A DNA stretch of 64,000 nucleotides from Schmidtea polychroa. Lineage: Eukaryota. This document shows positions 36,225-49,399 of this stretch, piece after piece. The notes beneath the pieces are model-generated. The model searched no databases, had not been told where the DNA came from, and saw nothing but the letters and a program-made list of their open reading frames with translations. The position numbers and the translations under genes are program-made. The stretch spans positions 129,518,001 through 129,582,000 of the forward strand of contig CM097886.1 of NCBI GenBank assembly GCA_044892525.1, written 5' to 3'. Numbering within the stretch: position 1 is the first letter of the stretch; every line of letters begins with the position of its first letter.

Positions 36225-39200
36225 GGTCCCATTTGGACAGACCTACACAGTATATTGCATAAAACCTATGTAAATGCATGTAAAGGTATAGCCCAATGCT
36301 GCTTTCTCGCTCATTTAAGAAGTCAAGTTCAGAAATATTAATAATATTTGTTTTTTAAATTGACTTTTTATTTAGATTTTTGTATTATATTATTAGATTT
36401 ACAAATAAAAGTGATTTTTTTATAGGAAATTTTTCAAAGTTCTCCTAAAATTTAAATTCAGACCAACCCAAATAATTCACTCCTTCACAGTTTTAATTTT
36501 TAAAAAATATAAATTTAAAAATCAAAATATCTAAAAAATAATATATTAAAATAAAAAAAATATTTCTTACCAAGACAAATAATTAAGTTTTCCACAGTTT
36601 GAATTAAAAATTAATTTTAATTTCAGAAAAATTTGATTTAAAAAGACCATAATATTAGAAATTAGAAAGAAACCGATAAAGGATAGAATTTTTTAAGAAG
36701 ATAAAAATTTTTAAAAATATGAACTATGAGATTATATTTTTTCAGACAACTTTATATTTAACTAAAAATCGCGCGAAAGTCAAAATCCGATTCTAGGACG
36801 TTTCATCCACGAACTGTTCATCTGATTATGATTCATCTCAAATTAACCAATAATCTATCTAGATAATTTTTATTTTATTTGGCTTTTTTGTTATATTTCA
36901 CTCACATATATGCACTTCAGCACTGCACCTCTGCACGATTTTTGCCTCTATGTCTGCACTCTGTATCACGATCTGATTAAAGTATCTGTCAAACTCGGAT
37001 CTTTACCATTGTTGACCACTGCTTTTCCACGGACTTGTTTTCATGCTTCCCTACTCAGTTCTGCATGAGCGATGCTTCTTGAGTCGATTTTGGTGTAACG
37101 ACCTCCATGCTTCCTCTGATTTTGAAACGATTCATTTACATTTCATTTCATCATATCGCTTGGGTGCTTGCTTGAGTGGTGGCTGCTTATTGTGGCATCG
37201 CTAATGTGTTGATGTTTCTTCGCGAAATTAACACTTGAGTTATTAATTATTAATAATAACTAACAAAGATTAGTATGGACTACTTGTGTTATTTGTAAAT
37301 CAGTAATATATCGATGTTTGTTGATACTCACGAATTGTCAATTCTCAATTCACTTGAAAAAGGCAGTGCCGAAAATCCGTGAGTATCATCAAACAACGAT
37401 ATATTACTGATTTATAGTCTCCAAAATCTTTTTAATAAATTCAATGGAAAAAATAATCAGTGGTGAAATTGGAAGAAATAAAAATTCTTGTAATAATTGT
37501 TATAATAATTCTTATAATTGTCACTGATAAAGGTCAATTACCTCTTCATGGCTTGTGACAACCATCTAGTACAGAAATATTTATTATATATTTCAAAAAT
37601 GATTTTTTATTTATGATTTTGTTTTAATGTTGATAAATATGCAAACGAAAGCCGAGTGCGGATGTTTATGTGAATGCTGAATGAATTATGTTAAAAAATG
37701 CATGTTTGAATTTATTATTTAAATTTATAGTAGATTTTTACGTTCTGAATCTCTGTCAATTTATTGTGAGATTATGTCGCTTTCGCCGATTAAAGTCAGT
37801 ATAAATAAATTTCTACATTGGCATATTGTATAATTTTGCAGGACATACTAAATTGATACAATGGACATATATATGGTACATTTTGGTATGCTGAATATAT
37901 TACATTTTGGGAAATACGGATAATGGTGTTGGCAGCAACGAATTTATCCCTTTGCGCTTATAACCTTTGTCAGCGATTGAAAGTTTATATTTGCACATCT
38001 TTTTTTATTTCATAAAATAAAACAAACAATTTTAAATGGTAAAAATGTAATAATAAAAAAATCATTCTTGATAGAATAATAATCAAGTTATATTATAAAT
38101 GTATATACATATTCAAATTCAATTTTGTTTTAATGCAATGGATGTTTATTAATACAAAGTTTATCAAATTTCGAAGTCATTGAATAGAAACCTTTATTTA
38201 GATCTTTTCTACTATTAAGGAGACTCGATATTTAGATTTCATTGTAACCAATGCAAAAAATTTACAACTTAAAATTTATTCACTATTATTATCTTGTGTA
38301 AAAAAAATTATGTAAAAAACATTTTTAAATTGCTTCGTTATATATAAAATTAATATATAAAATATTTAAATTAAACTTTGAATTAATATTAATTAAATCG
38401 AAATCGAAATAAATATATAAAATATAAACAACAATGAATTATTTTAATAGAATAAATGAATAAAATTTTACATTAATATTAAAAAATATATTTTTGACCC
38501 TCTCACGGTTTTTGCAAAAAAATTTTAATTTTATTAGAATTTAATTTAAAATAAATTTTATTTGATTTAAAATTAAAAATTATTTTCAAATTATGTGGAT
38601 TAAATATTAAAATTAATTACAAATTATAGAGACTTAATTTTGTTTTTAAATATCCGAAAAATATTGTCAAATAAATTGCTAATTTTAAATTTTTTATAAT
38701 ATTTTTTACACAATATGTGCCAAAAAATATCACCATAAAATTCAATATTTTTTGTTAAAATGTTCAAATAGATAATTTTTATTCATTATGGTACTCCTTG
38801 TATTTTTTATATTTTCCCTCCAAATTTGTGTATTTTTAAAAATATTTTTTCATATTTTCCACCCAAATTTGGGTGTAAACCCGTGAAAGGGTTAAGGAAT
38901 TAAAATTAAAATGTTCGAGAAAAAAACTATTAGCGCCCCCCCCCTTTGCACTAATCCATGCCTTCCAGTAATAAAATTGCTAAGTTATGTGATTCACGCT
39001 TCATCGTAATTATTCAGATAGGGTTAATAATGCGTTTTTAATTTAATTAAATCACAATAACAAAATATAAAACCAATAAATTATTTTTATAAAAAAAATA
39101 AAAAATATAGATTATTAAAATATATTTATAAAACTCACCATAATCTTTTCCATATATTTTCCCTATATTCTACGTTTATTACTAGAAATCTTCGAATAGC

Positions 39201-40149
39201 TGATATAAAATTTCAAATCTGACAATGAAAGTGGGTGAGTGTAAGAAGTTGTGAGTCCCCCATACTTATATTGGAACCGATACTATCGAATTATTGTTTG
39301 ATAAAATAAATAACAGGCGTGGATGTCACACTCAATAAATACCTACACAAATGCTCGCGGCCGTACACAAATATATCTGCCTCTAGGCACAAAATTGTGG
39401 ATGTTACGGTCGAACGATATAGTATGATTCATTTCATATATTTATATATATTTATATTTATATATTCTTTTTTTCAAGTATATTAAAAGTAAAAAAATAT
39501 TTACTTCAACTCTACTAAGCCCCACCACCCAAAACTACCATGTAAGTGAATATAATATAGCTGTGATACACTTTGGTGTGAAAATATTCATTTAAACACG
39601 CGTTTCATGGTGAAAATAATTTCCTATACCTCTGGCACATTATGAAACCTGAAAAATAATTATAATATTTACACCAAGGTATAATATTTTATTAATATTT
39701 ACGCTGCACAACATAATTTGAGATTCTAGTAGGTGTCTGACTATGGTACACCAAACGCCACTAAGAATCATTTCCTATAATATAAAAAAAATCAATAATC
39801 TTACATTATAGAAACATACATATTTACTTTGATTTCACGTTGATGTTCTCATTTAGAGTGCAGTCAGATACATCTTATACTATAGAAATCTGAAAAGTGG
39901 AAGACAAATTAAAATCTGCACACAAACAAACTTTTGATTTATCAAAATGCACCACTGAGACACGCTGAAAATTTTTTAAAATGTATTTTTAATGAAATTT
40001 CCAATAGCAGATGAATTTGGTTAAATGTCTTTTAATACAGATTTGCTTTCCTGTAAGAAGCCCCTACTCGGCGATTTTTCCCAAAATGTTTTATAGGTCG
40101 ATACGACATACCTAATTGCTGATTGTCATTTTGTTCATTCAGTCACGCG

Positions 40150-42357
40150 TTCTGTATAAACTACTATTAAACTTGGCCTATTATATTAAATTAAACCTTA
40201 AAACGTTAAAACATTTTTTGGGCATTTTATGAAAATCTTATTAGCAGTAATAAAAATGCATATTTTCTGTAAAGAAGCGAGTATTTTACCATTGACCTAC
40301 TGATTTTGAATGCATTCTATACATATTGATAAAGTTTTAGTGATATCAACATTCATTATTATTCCAATATTATTAGTTTTTTGATTATTTCTAAGCCGTT
40401 TTCATACACAGACGAGCATGGAACTTGTGGAGGCCTTTTATAATACTTTCTTTTTTTGCTTTAGGTACCATTAGCCTGTAAACTTCTTTATAATAGTGAT
40501 ATTAATAAACAACCTCTTACTCTCAAATTTATTTATGAGACCAAAATAAGGAAATATATGGACTTTCATTCTCCATTCGACCCCTACTTCTATTAGTTAA
40601 TCTCTCTTCTCTCATACATTTAATTGCTTTCTCAATATCGATATACCTTTCTTGTTTCCAGGTGATAATATGGACAAGGCATCTGTTCCTTTCCCTTTCG
40701 ATATCATATGAAATATTTGTAATCTTGCCTTCCTTGCGAAATTTTAAAATATATTTGGTCAATTCCGATTTAGTAGTCGTTTTAAATAATGAATAAATTA
40801 TACGACAAGTGTCAAAATTGCGAAACGATTTTCCTTTGTTATGCAATATTGTCTTTCATTTTTGAACATTTTTCATCTTGTATTTGTAATAATATTGTTT
40901 TCAAATGGTCATGTTTGTATAAAGAATTGTATCAAGTATATTGCTGTTTTCACTTGGTAATGCTAACACTAGAACTGATGATAATAATCTTTGAAATTCA
41001 TAAAAAGTAGTCTTTCTTTGTTCTAAACAAAGGTTATCTTCACCTTATACCTTTGCGCTTACTTTTCCAAACGTTCTTGCATAGTTTTTAATGAATCTTC
41101 GACAACAATTGCAAAATCATAAAAATATTTGCAATTCTTTTTTGCTCATTAGAATCATCCATTTGTGAATGGTTTTGATTTCGTAATATTATAACTATGC
41201 ACTTCCTTCTCCATGTGATTTGCGTTCTCAAAATAATAACCTTGTTTATTGAATATTATATAGTTTACTGACAAATTATAAGTAGCATATTAAATGAAAT
41301 ATTTTGTGTGGATTTCTATGGATTTTTATGAGTCTTATTGTGAAAAGGTTTGAGAAACGCTGAACTAAATTACCAACTATCTTTTATTTCAGAATGCACA
41401 GAGATATTAGTCAAATATTTTTAATTATTAGAATTTTGCAGCACTGACTGACAAAGCTAGAATATTTGATAAATAATTTATTAATAAAAATTATACTCTT
41501 CAATCACCAAATTCAGACATTGTATAAACAAAAAACTGCCAAAAGAAAGTCATTTATGATATAAATAATAAAAACAATCTAGTCATTCTACAATGAGTAC
41601 GAGGGTACAATGTTTGACAGCCAATATGACACCCTTGTCATTTTGATATTTTTAGCAAAGGACGTTCAGTTTTATTGATTATATTATGACTGCATCAATA
41701 AATATCGGATCTGGATCAGATTTCTGTATCAAATTCAATTTATGATCACCTTTTTATTCAAATGAGAAACGTCGGTTCTTTGAACAACGAGTAAAAATAT
41801 TTGAATAAAGTTTGAATCCCGCAATTTTTTATATGAAAACGCTATGATGTATTTTTGTCAAATAAGTGTTGAAAATTTATCAAGCGGATTTCTGCTCTTT
41901 CAAAATATGTATTTTCAACTCATTATTTTTTAGACTATTTTTTAGACTTCTTGGATATTCCTTGGATATTTGAGATCCTAGCATCAAACCAAATATCCCA
42001 AGAATATAGTCATTACCCATAAATGTATAATATTCTATTCCATTTTTATAATAATAATACGCAACACCGTATTGACCACAGATCCTCTTTATGGGTTTAC
42101 CCTCGTTTATCAGACTGTTTAACTAATTGCAATCTAAATTTCCAGTTTGTTTATTCTCCCTAGTCGTTTGGGTTCTCCATTGGCTCGGACTTCCCATTAG
42201 GTGGGGTGTTCCATTAGCCAATTAACTAATTAATAAATACTTTGTGTTTTTCCATTTTTGACTGTTTTTCGACCCTTTCTAAGCATTTTCTTGCTCACTG
42301 TCGTCTTCGCCAATCCCTATTCTACACCTCTCCCGTTTTCCAACTTTAATTTCGACA
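40150..42357 (-). pseudogene. Duplicate of the decayed Gypsy pol remnant, cut at 42357
   Basis: Colinear with 15620-17937. Confidence 0.7.
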
Positions 42358-42499
42358 ATTAGTGTCTAAAATGGGAATCCTAGGCCCCCCACCACAATAT
42401 TCGCTCGTAAAAAAAAACAAAACAAGTTTGTCTTTTTTATCCTCGCTCACCCTTCGGGAGGAGATGGGGCCACCTAGGATTCCCATTTTAGACACTACT
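42358..42499. repeat. 27-bp inverted repeat forming a 142-bp hairpin at the left end of the Polinton region
   Basis: A(T)TAGTGTCTAAAATGGGAATCCTAGG (42358-42384) pairs with CCTAGGATTCCCATTTTAGACACTACT (42473-42499), one mismatch. Confidence 0.9.
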
Positions 42500-43309
42500 A
42501 CAAATCTATGTATATTAAAATAATAATAATTTAAATATACATGTATAGAATGATTTAATAATTTTAAAATAAAAATAATTTCAATAATGTTGGGTACCCA
42601 AATTTTATTGGTAGCCAAGAATAATCAAGTTGTTATATATTATAGATGTAAGGATTTAATAATACAAGGATTTAATAATTTTAATATACACTACTAGACT
42701 TTAATAAATAAAAATATAAGTTACCAATAAAAGAAAAATTGAAAAATAATTTTTTTTTCATATTTATATTTAAAAAGAAATTATTAATTAGTTATTTTTT
42801 TTTATTTGTAATCTTGATGTCTTGAAGAATAAAAAAAATTTATGAAACAGTAAAACTGCTTTGAGAGGACAGTGGTATTTGTTTTTTTTTTCCAATGTCC
42901 TCTCAACAGTTTTTTTTTATCCGGATTATTTTTTATTTATCAATTTTTACCTCTTTCGGTTATCGAATCTCTTCCAATATACAAGCTGGTGAGACTCATA
43001 CATCAGAATCAATTCGATAATAGCAGCACGCCTTATTATTCGCTTCTCGCTCGAATACGATTTCATCGGCGTTTTAAGCGTGCTGCTCGAAAGTACAAAT
43101 GAATTCGAAAGCGAATCCGAAAGAGGTTCGAAAACAACCAAGAAATATTTTGAAATAAATGTGCACATTATGGGATTGATTCGGGGTGTGTCCGAAAGAC
43201 TGGTGGCAATAATTACCGGTTCGCCACCACACCCCGTTTCAATAATTTTATCAATAAAAGAAAAATATGAAAACATAAAAATTGAAAATTTGAAATTTTT
43301 ATTATAAAA

Positions 43310-44574
43310 ATGAACAATATAAATCTCGAGATTTCAGAAAAAAATAAATTAAATCTTGATTATGATAAACAGTTTATTCATGAAATCAAGAAAAATGATG
43401 TACTTAAAATTTGTCCAAACTCTGGTTTCATTTCAAATTTATATCGTTCAGGTGATATAGTTTTTCAATCTCTTCAAACATTAAACCCTATAGATATTTT
43501 AATGCAAAATTATATTACAAAATTGAATTAGAAATTGAAGCAAACAAGGATATAACAGTAGAAAATAATTTCTTCGCAAATTTATTCTCCAACATGAGAA
43601 TAAAATTAGGACCCTCAGAAGTTGAAAATATTTTGAATCCAGGTGTATATTCTACAATGTTAAATTTTGTTTTGACTGGTTGTGATTACAAAAATGAATA
43701 TGGTGAATTAACAAGTTGGATCCCTGATGTAAATAAAGGTGATATAGATAAAGATGGTTTAGATATAAATTATGGTTATCATAAACGTGTAAAAGTTTGC
43801 AAGTCTAAAAAATTTGAAGGTTATTTTGAATTAAAATATTTATTTGGATTCCTTCAAAACTATAATCGCATACTCCATAATGTTTTCATAGAATTATTTT
43901 GTAATAGAATAGATGATGATAAAGTATTATTCTATGGAGCTGCAGATACAAAAGGTAAATTAAAATTAACAACGATTGAAGTACACATACCCGAATGGAC
44001 ATTAAATCCACATGCTGAAATTAAATTACTTGAAAGATTAAAGTCCATAAATGTAAATTATTTAAATATTTAGTGTATTTGACATGAGAGAAGGTTCAAC
44101 ATATTCTATAAAGATTGCAAATTTAGCATATCGACCAAGATATATTTTAATTGGATTCAAAGAAATAGATCCATTCTTTCAAAAAAATAACAACTGGTTT
44201 ATTCAAAAGATTGGAGATGATAATTTAAAATAAATTCAAATTCAATCGAATAATAGTTATTATCAAGTAAATAGAATAGAGTTTAATATAGAAAACAATG
44301 AAAATATATTGCCATATGAAAATTATATTCAGACTTCAAAATAAAAGCACAATTAAGTTTAGAAGATTTCAAAAATTTGTTTTCTATATTCTGTATAAAT
44401 GTATCAGATCAAGATAATAGATTAGCTATAAATAATATTGATGTTACTCTTCATATAACAAAGGATTCTAATTTTAATGCAAAAATATATACATTAATTC
44501 TTGAAGAAAAGAAAATAGAAATGAAGTTATATGGTGGAAAGATTTCAATAATTGAGAATATTAGAGGAGATTAA
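43310..44574 (+). pseudogene. Polinton major capsid protein (double jelly roll), type B, frameshifted
   Basis: Reconstructed ..NLYRSGDIVF..ITVENNFFANLFSNMRIKLGPSEVENILNPGVYSTML..G..SWIPD..RPRYILIGF..FCINVSDQ.., which resembles the Polinton PY/MCP family. Confidence 0.7.
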
Positions 44575-44660
44575 GTTTAATTCTCCAAACTTTTTTGGAG
44601 AAATAAACAAGTTTTAGTAATAAAAGAAAATTATTATAATTAAATTTAACCTTTTTAAAA

Positions 44661-46211
44661 ATGACTACTAAACGTTATTGGAGATGTGAAACTTGTTGTT
44701 GTGATGTTACAACACATCATAAAGCGAGTCATCTTAAAACTAAAAAACACACATCTCGATTAATAATAATATTTCATCAAATAATAATATTCCATCAAAT
44801 AATTTTGAAGGTGAAATAATTTCTTTTATTACCAAAACAAGTTCTGGTAATAAAAGTTCATCTTCAAATAATATTCCATGGTTAGATTTCGATCCTTCAA
44901 GTAGATTTGCTTTGGAAAAACAGGGTGGTGATTTACAATCTTCAAAATTAACATCAACATTATTGAAACCCTTTACTACTGAAAAATATTCAGGTAAAAG
45001 ACATTCATTTAAACACAACTATACTGGACCTGGAACACGATTAGATATTAGACTTGATGAAAATAACAATTCCAAACAAGGAGAGGAACCAATAAATAGA
45101 ATTGACCAAGCTGCTTCGAAATATGACATTGCTTACAATTCAAAAACTCTTAGAGATAGACATATTGCTGATGTTAATTTAATACATTATTTAAATGATA
45201 TACAAAATCCATCAACACAAAAAAGATTCAAAGAGCTCTAGTTAAATTAGCAATGAAGGGTAAAATTTTCAAAGATGCAGGTCTACCAACAATGGCAAAA
45301 GATGTTGCTGATAAAAAGATTATTGAACAAGCAGACATTGAAAAGCATGTGTCCAAGACTAATTTATTAATCCAAACAGAATCACAAATAAAATATGCTA
45401 ACGAATTACACCATGAATTTAGAAAAAATAAAAAATATCTAAAAGTTCAAGTTTATGAAAAAGATCATACTTGGTCTGCTGATTTAGTCTTGATGCCAAC
45501 CAAATCATCAGACCCCGAAAAATATAAAATAATTTTAACTGTAATATATTTATATACAAGATTTGCTTTTGCAAGATGTTTAGAAAATAAAACAGGATAT
45601 TCTATTACAGAAACATTTGAAAATATATTTGAAGAATATCAAAAAATTCCAAAATATTTATAGTGTGATAAAGGAACAGAATTTTATAACGAAGGTTTTA
45701 GAAAATTTTTGCAAGAAAATGATATTAAATTATATTCAACAAAAAATGAAGGAAAAGCAGATGTAGTTGAAAGATTAAATAGAACATTAAAAAATAAAAT
45801 GTGGAAATATTTTACTGCCATTGGAAAACAAAAATGGAATAATGAATTATTACAAAGAATGATAAATGAATATAATAATGATGTACATAGCTCTAGAAAA
45901 GAAACACCTTTAAATGCTTCTACAAACCCTGAAGGAGTTAAAGAAATAAATATTGAAAATGGTGTAGAAAAAGGTTTTATGAGCGTTGATACAACACTTC
46001 TAAAACCAAAGTTTAAAATTGGTGATAGAGTAAGAATATTTAATATAAAAATAAATTTGAAAAACGATTCACAGCGAAATGGACAAATGAAATTTTTATT
46101 ATAAATAAAATACATCATACAATTCCAATGACATATGGTATCATCGATTTAAATAATGAAGAAATATTGGGTAGATTTTGCAATAATGAATTACAGAAAT
46201 CAAGTTTTTAA
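44661..46211 (+). pseudogene. Zn finger + parvovirus VP1u-like PLA2 domain + retroviral-type (Polinton) integrase; one ORF after repair of 4 lesions
   Basis: WRCETC..HLKTKKH; HNYTGPGTRLDIRL..PINRIDQAASKYDIAY..DRHIAD; ELHHEFRK..WSADLV..*CDKGTEFYN..VERLNRTLK..YNNDVHSS..KFKIGDRVRI..WTNEIF..NELQK. Confidence 0.8.
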
Positions 46212-46980
46212 CATTTTTCCAAAATTTTAAAAACAAGTTTTTAAAACAAGCTTTTCTGCATCTCATCACTTTTTCTATCCAAATAAATATAATTGTATTT
46301 TTTTTCCAGTGATTAGCAACAAACACATCAAACATGTACTTCTCAGGTTCAACATTTGAAAATAAATCACTATAAATCATATTCTTGTCACGCTTATCTA
46401 ATTTAAAAAAGATGAAACAATTGGAGTTGTTTCTAATTGAATTTTTATCCAAGGCATAATAAGTTTGAGAGATGTAAATCACATTACAATTATTATGACG
46501 TCCTCGAGTAAAATAATTTTTGTGAATTTCTTGATTTTTCATATTTACAACATCATCAAATATAACTAGATTCTTTTTATCTTTGGAAAGAAAATCACAA
46601 TACAATACATCTTCAGGTTTGTTGGAGAATAAAGTTTGTATTGATTCATCACTAATATAATCATTTTTATTAATAATATCTGACTCGGAAATCTCTTCCT
46701 TATACCAATCAACCATATCACATGGATGATATACTTCTTTAGGACATCTGTGTTGATTTTTAAAAATATCAATGATTGCTTTTTTAGTTAATTTATTTTC
46801 AAATCCATATTTCACAAGTTGTAGTTCTGGTTGGTTTATAGTTGTAGAATAAAATATTAAATTATTATAATCTAAAAACCCATCCTCGAGTAACATTCTC
46901 AAAAGAAGTGCATTCTTTCCACTCCCTGAAGATCCAACAATTAATAATCTAAAATTATCAGGAAAAATTTTATTATTAAA
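46212..46980 (-). pseudogene. Polinton A32/FtsK-HerA-like packaging ATPase, type B, N-terminus lost
   Basis: FRLLIVGSSGSGK (Walker A), LVIFDD (Walker B), YFTRGRHNNCNVIYISQTYY..IRNN. Confidence 0.88.
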
Positions 46981-47906
46981 TCCGATTTCTTTAAATGGTG
47001 ACTGGGAAGTTGTACTGCAAGATTTTACATTCGTGTACAACACATTCCCATTTTATAGTCAATGTAAGATTGATTTCAAAAGGAATGCTATGAAAACATG
47101 TAGTGGTATCTTTGTTATCAGTAATTATGATAAAACATCATATTCCAAATCAAATATTAGATCAGCATTGCTCTATGTTATACAAGGATGGATTAAATAT
47201 CAGTTGTGATTTTAAACCATTTACAATAACATTCGAAACTATTGAAGATGCCAAACGAATGGGTTGCAATAAGTTGAACAATAAAGTTATGGAAACATCC
47301 TATTTATTACGCTTTGATCTATTTGAAGCAAACAGTGTAATGAAAGAAGAAATCAAAATATCCGTGTCATATAATAATGAAGTTGAAGAATCATTCACCT
47401 TTGCTGACGAATTATATATTGATAAACTTGATGTGTTACTTAAATATTTAAAGTACAATTGTTCACATATATTTAAAAGTTTGGACATTGTGAAAGATTT
47501 GTTATTTACCTTCAGTTTGAATGATGAAGTTAATGAAGTTACATTTGATAAAAATTTGACAAATACACTTGGATTAGAGAAGCAACAATATCGGGAAAAA
47601 TCGGCTGGTTTACGTAAACCAAGAATATTTGAACATCATCAACAAATGTTCATATATACTAATATTATTGAGCCCATCATTGTTGGTGATTCCAGTGTTC
47701 CTCTATTGAAATCGGTGTGGATTGGAAGATATGAACACGACGAAGTTGTCAATATAAATATAGATAATCCCATGTATTTACCAATTTCAAGCTCATGTAT
47801 AAACAATATATAAATATATATTCGTGACGATAGTGGAAAACTAATAAACTTTCCGAAAGATTCGAAAACTCATTTGACATTAGATTTTCGTAAAGTAGAT
47901 GGCTAA
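46975..47906 (+). pseudogene. Polinton minor capsid/penton protein, type A, N-terminus lost
   Basis: PISLNGDWEVVLQDF..YN; MFIYTNIIEPIIVGDSSVPLLKSV..NPMYLPI..INNI*I.IRDDSGKLINF..HLTLDFRK. Confidence 0.75.
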
Positions 47907-48268
47907 TTCATATATAGTGATATATAGTGATATATAGTGATAGCCAATCTGGCGGTGAATTACTATATTTCGTTGGTAAACAGTACAGATCAGGTTGGTT
48001 AAAAACAATAGGGAGATTTGCATTACCTATTCTTAAATGTATTGGTAGTTTTGGTATGAAAACTGCTAAATACGTGATTATGAATGAACAGAAAATATTA
48101 CCATCCCTAAAAACAAATGCTTTAGCTGAGTTAGAGAAGGTTCTACCTGGAGTTGCTGGTATGTTTCAAAAAGATACGCCTCCAGCCCCAGCTCCAAAAC
48201 GTAAAGGCCATGGAATATCGCTTATAAACAAACGAATGAAAGGACATGGAACTATATTTGCAAAATGA
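47899..48268 (+). pseudogene. Small conserved Polinton virion (core/cement-like) protein upstream of the MCP
   Basis: MANSYIVIYSDSQSGGELLYFVGKQYRSGWLKTIGRFALPILK after removing one extra 10-bp ATATAGTGAT unit; basic C-terminus; its stop overlaps the MCP ATG. Confidence 0.6.
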
Positions 48269-48440
48269 TTTGTGGTAAATCCGAATTATGTATATTTGAT
48301 AGACCCTCGCCTCAAGTGGTAATCGAATTTGTGGCCTTTGAGGAAGTTTTTCCTATGAATTCAATTACTGATAGTAGAAATGATATCGGGTTTTATATTA
48401 ATGGTTCGCAAACTGAATATTTAGATTTGAACGATACTTT
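48265..48440 (+). pseudogene. N-terminus of a second Polinton major capsid protein (type A), truncated
   Basis: CGKSELCIFDRPSPQVVIE..FPMNSITD..IGFYINGSQTEYLDLNDT matches the C.KSELDLF..P.TQ.SIE..P...I.F.I.G....YLDL..T MCP start. Confidence 0.75.
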
Positions 48441-48873
48441 TGGCATGGTTGTTGTATAGAAAATGTGATGGTTAATAAATTTATATTGTATGCTTTGTTT
48501 TTTATTTAATAGGAAAGATGTTGACAAAGATATATATTTTATAATTTAAAAATAATATTCTATTATTATTATTATTAATATTATTATTATTATTAATATC
48601 ATTATTTTAATTTTATGTTTAACAAAATATGTTTATGTCATAAATTACGTGTTCAGTGCATGCACAGTGTAAAGTAACAAATACTTGGTAATAAGGACAT
48701 GAACTTATAGGTCATCATTAACTGCTTTGTATAAACAAACATGTAGTATGTGTGCGAATGTTTTGCTATTCCATCTCTATTTTCATTGGTCGGTTAATAA
48801 AACTTGCAATATCTCTCTTATATAGTCTACACTTTCATATTTTCAACACTTTTACAAAACTATTATATACAAC

Positions 48874-49167
48874 ATGAACATGAACAACATTAACAAAATT
48901 CAATAAAATAACGGAAAAACGTTGGAGGAATTAATGGTAAATTTATTATTTTATTATTTTATTATTTTAATATGATTATTAGGTTTTAATCAACAAATTA
49001 ATATGAATATCGGCGGATAAGCTGTAGACTTGAATAGAATAAATGGTAATCGTTTACTATTATTATCATTATTATTTTTATTATGTTTTTAGATGGAAAC
49101 GTAATAAATACTTTTGCTGGTTCTGCTGGTTCTGATGCTGGAAAATTTCTTTCGAAAGGACGAAAAT
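48874..49167 (+). pseudogene. Unknown spliced gene fragment with micro-introns (exons ..48936, 48983-49045, 49093-49167)
   Basis: GT-AG introns of 46 and 47 bp, symmetric phase-1 exons of 63 and 75 bp, and a GTAAGT donor at 49168; in-frame TAA in the middle exon. Confidence 0.5.
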
Positions 49168-49399
49168 GTAAGTATTTATTTATTGTTATAAGTTTTNNNN
49201 NNNNNNNNNNNNNNNNNNNNNNNNNNNNNNNNNNNNNNNNNNNNNNNNNNNNNNNNNNNNNNNNNNNNNNNNNNNNNNNNNNNNNNNNNNNNNNNNNNNN
49301 NNNNNNNNNNNNNNNNNNNNNNNNNNNNNNNNNNNNNNNNNNNNNNNNNNNNNNNNNNNNGACTTTGAAAAATATTTCATTGTAATTTTTTATTTAAAA

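Larger units (their letters stand above)
31626..42357 (+). repeat. Segmental duplication, copy 2
   Basis: Colinear with 4643-17937. It carries an extra hAT fragment, lacks ~11245-15550 of copy 1, and ends abruptly at a Polinton-like terminus. Confidence 0.92.

Noticed and set aside
42870-43307. CpG-richer stretch with short overlapping ORFs upstream of MCP-B
   Set aside because: I recognise no motif in any frame; it may be a decayed Polinton accessory gene or promoter but cannot be supported.
45219-45225. AAAAAAG as a programmed -1 frameshift between PLA2 and integrase
   Set aside because: The heptamer is not in the PLA2 reading frame as X-XXY-YYZ requires, and the element has other random lesions; a 1-bp slippage mutation is simpler.
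6455-46118. Short antisense or alternative-frame ORFs over CA, pol, integrase and ATPase genes (e.g. 6455-6649, 26018-26477, 35515-35709, 44740-45018, 45684-46118)
   Set aside because: These are shadow ORFs of real or decayed coding sequences.
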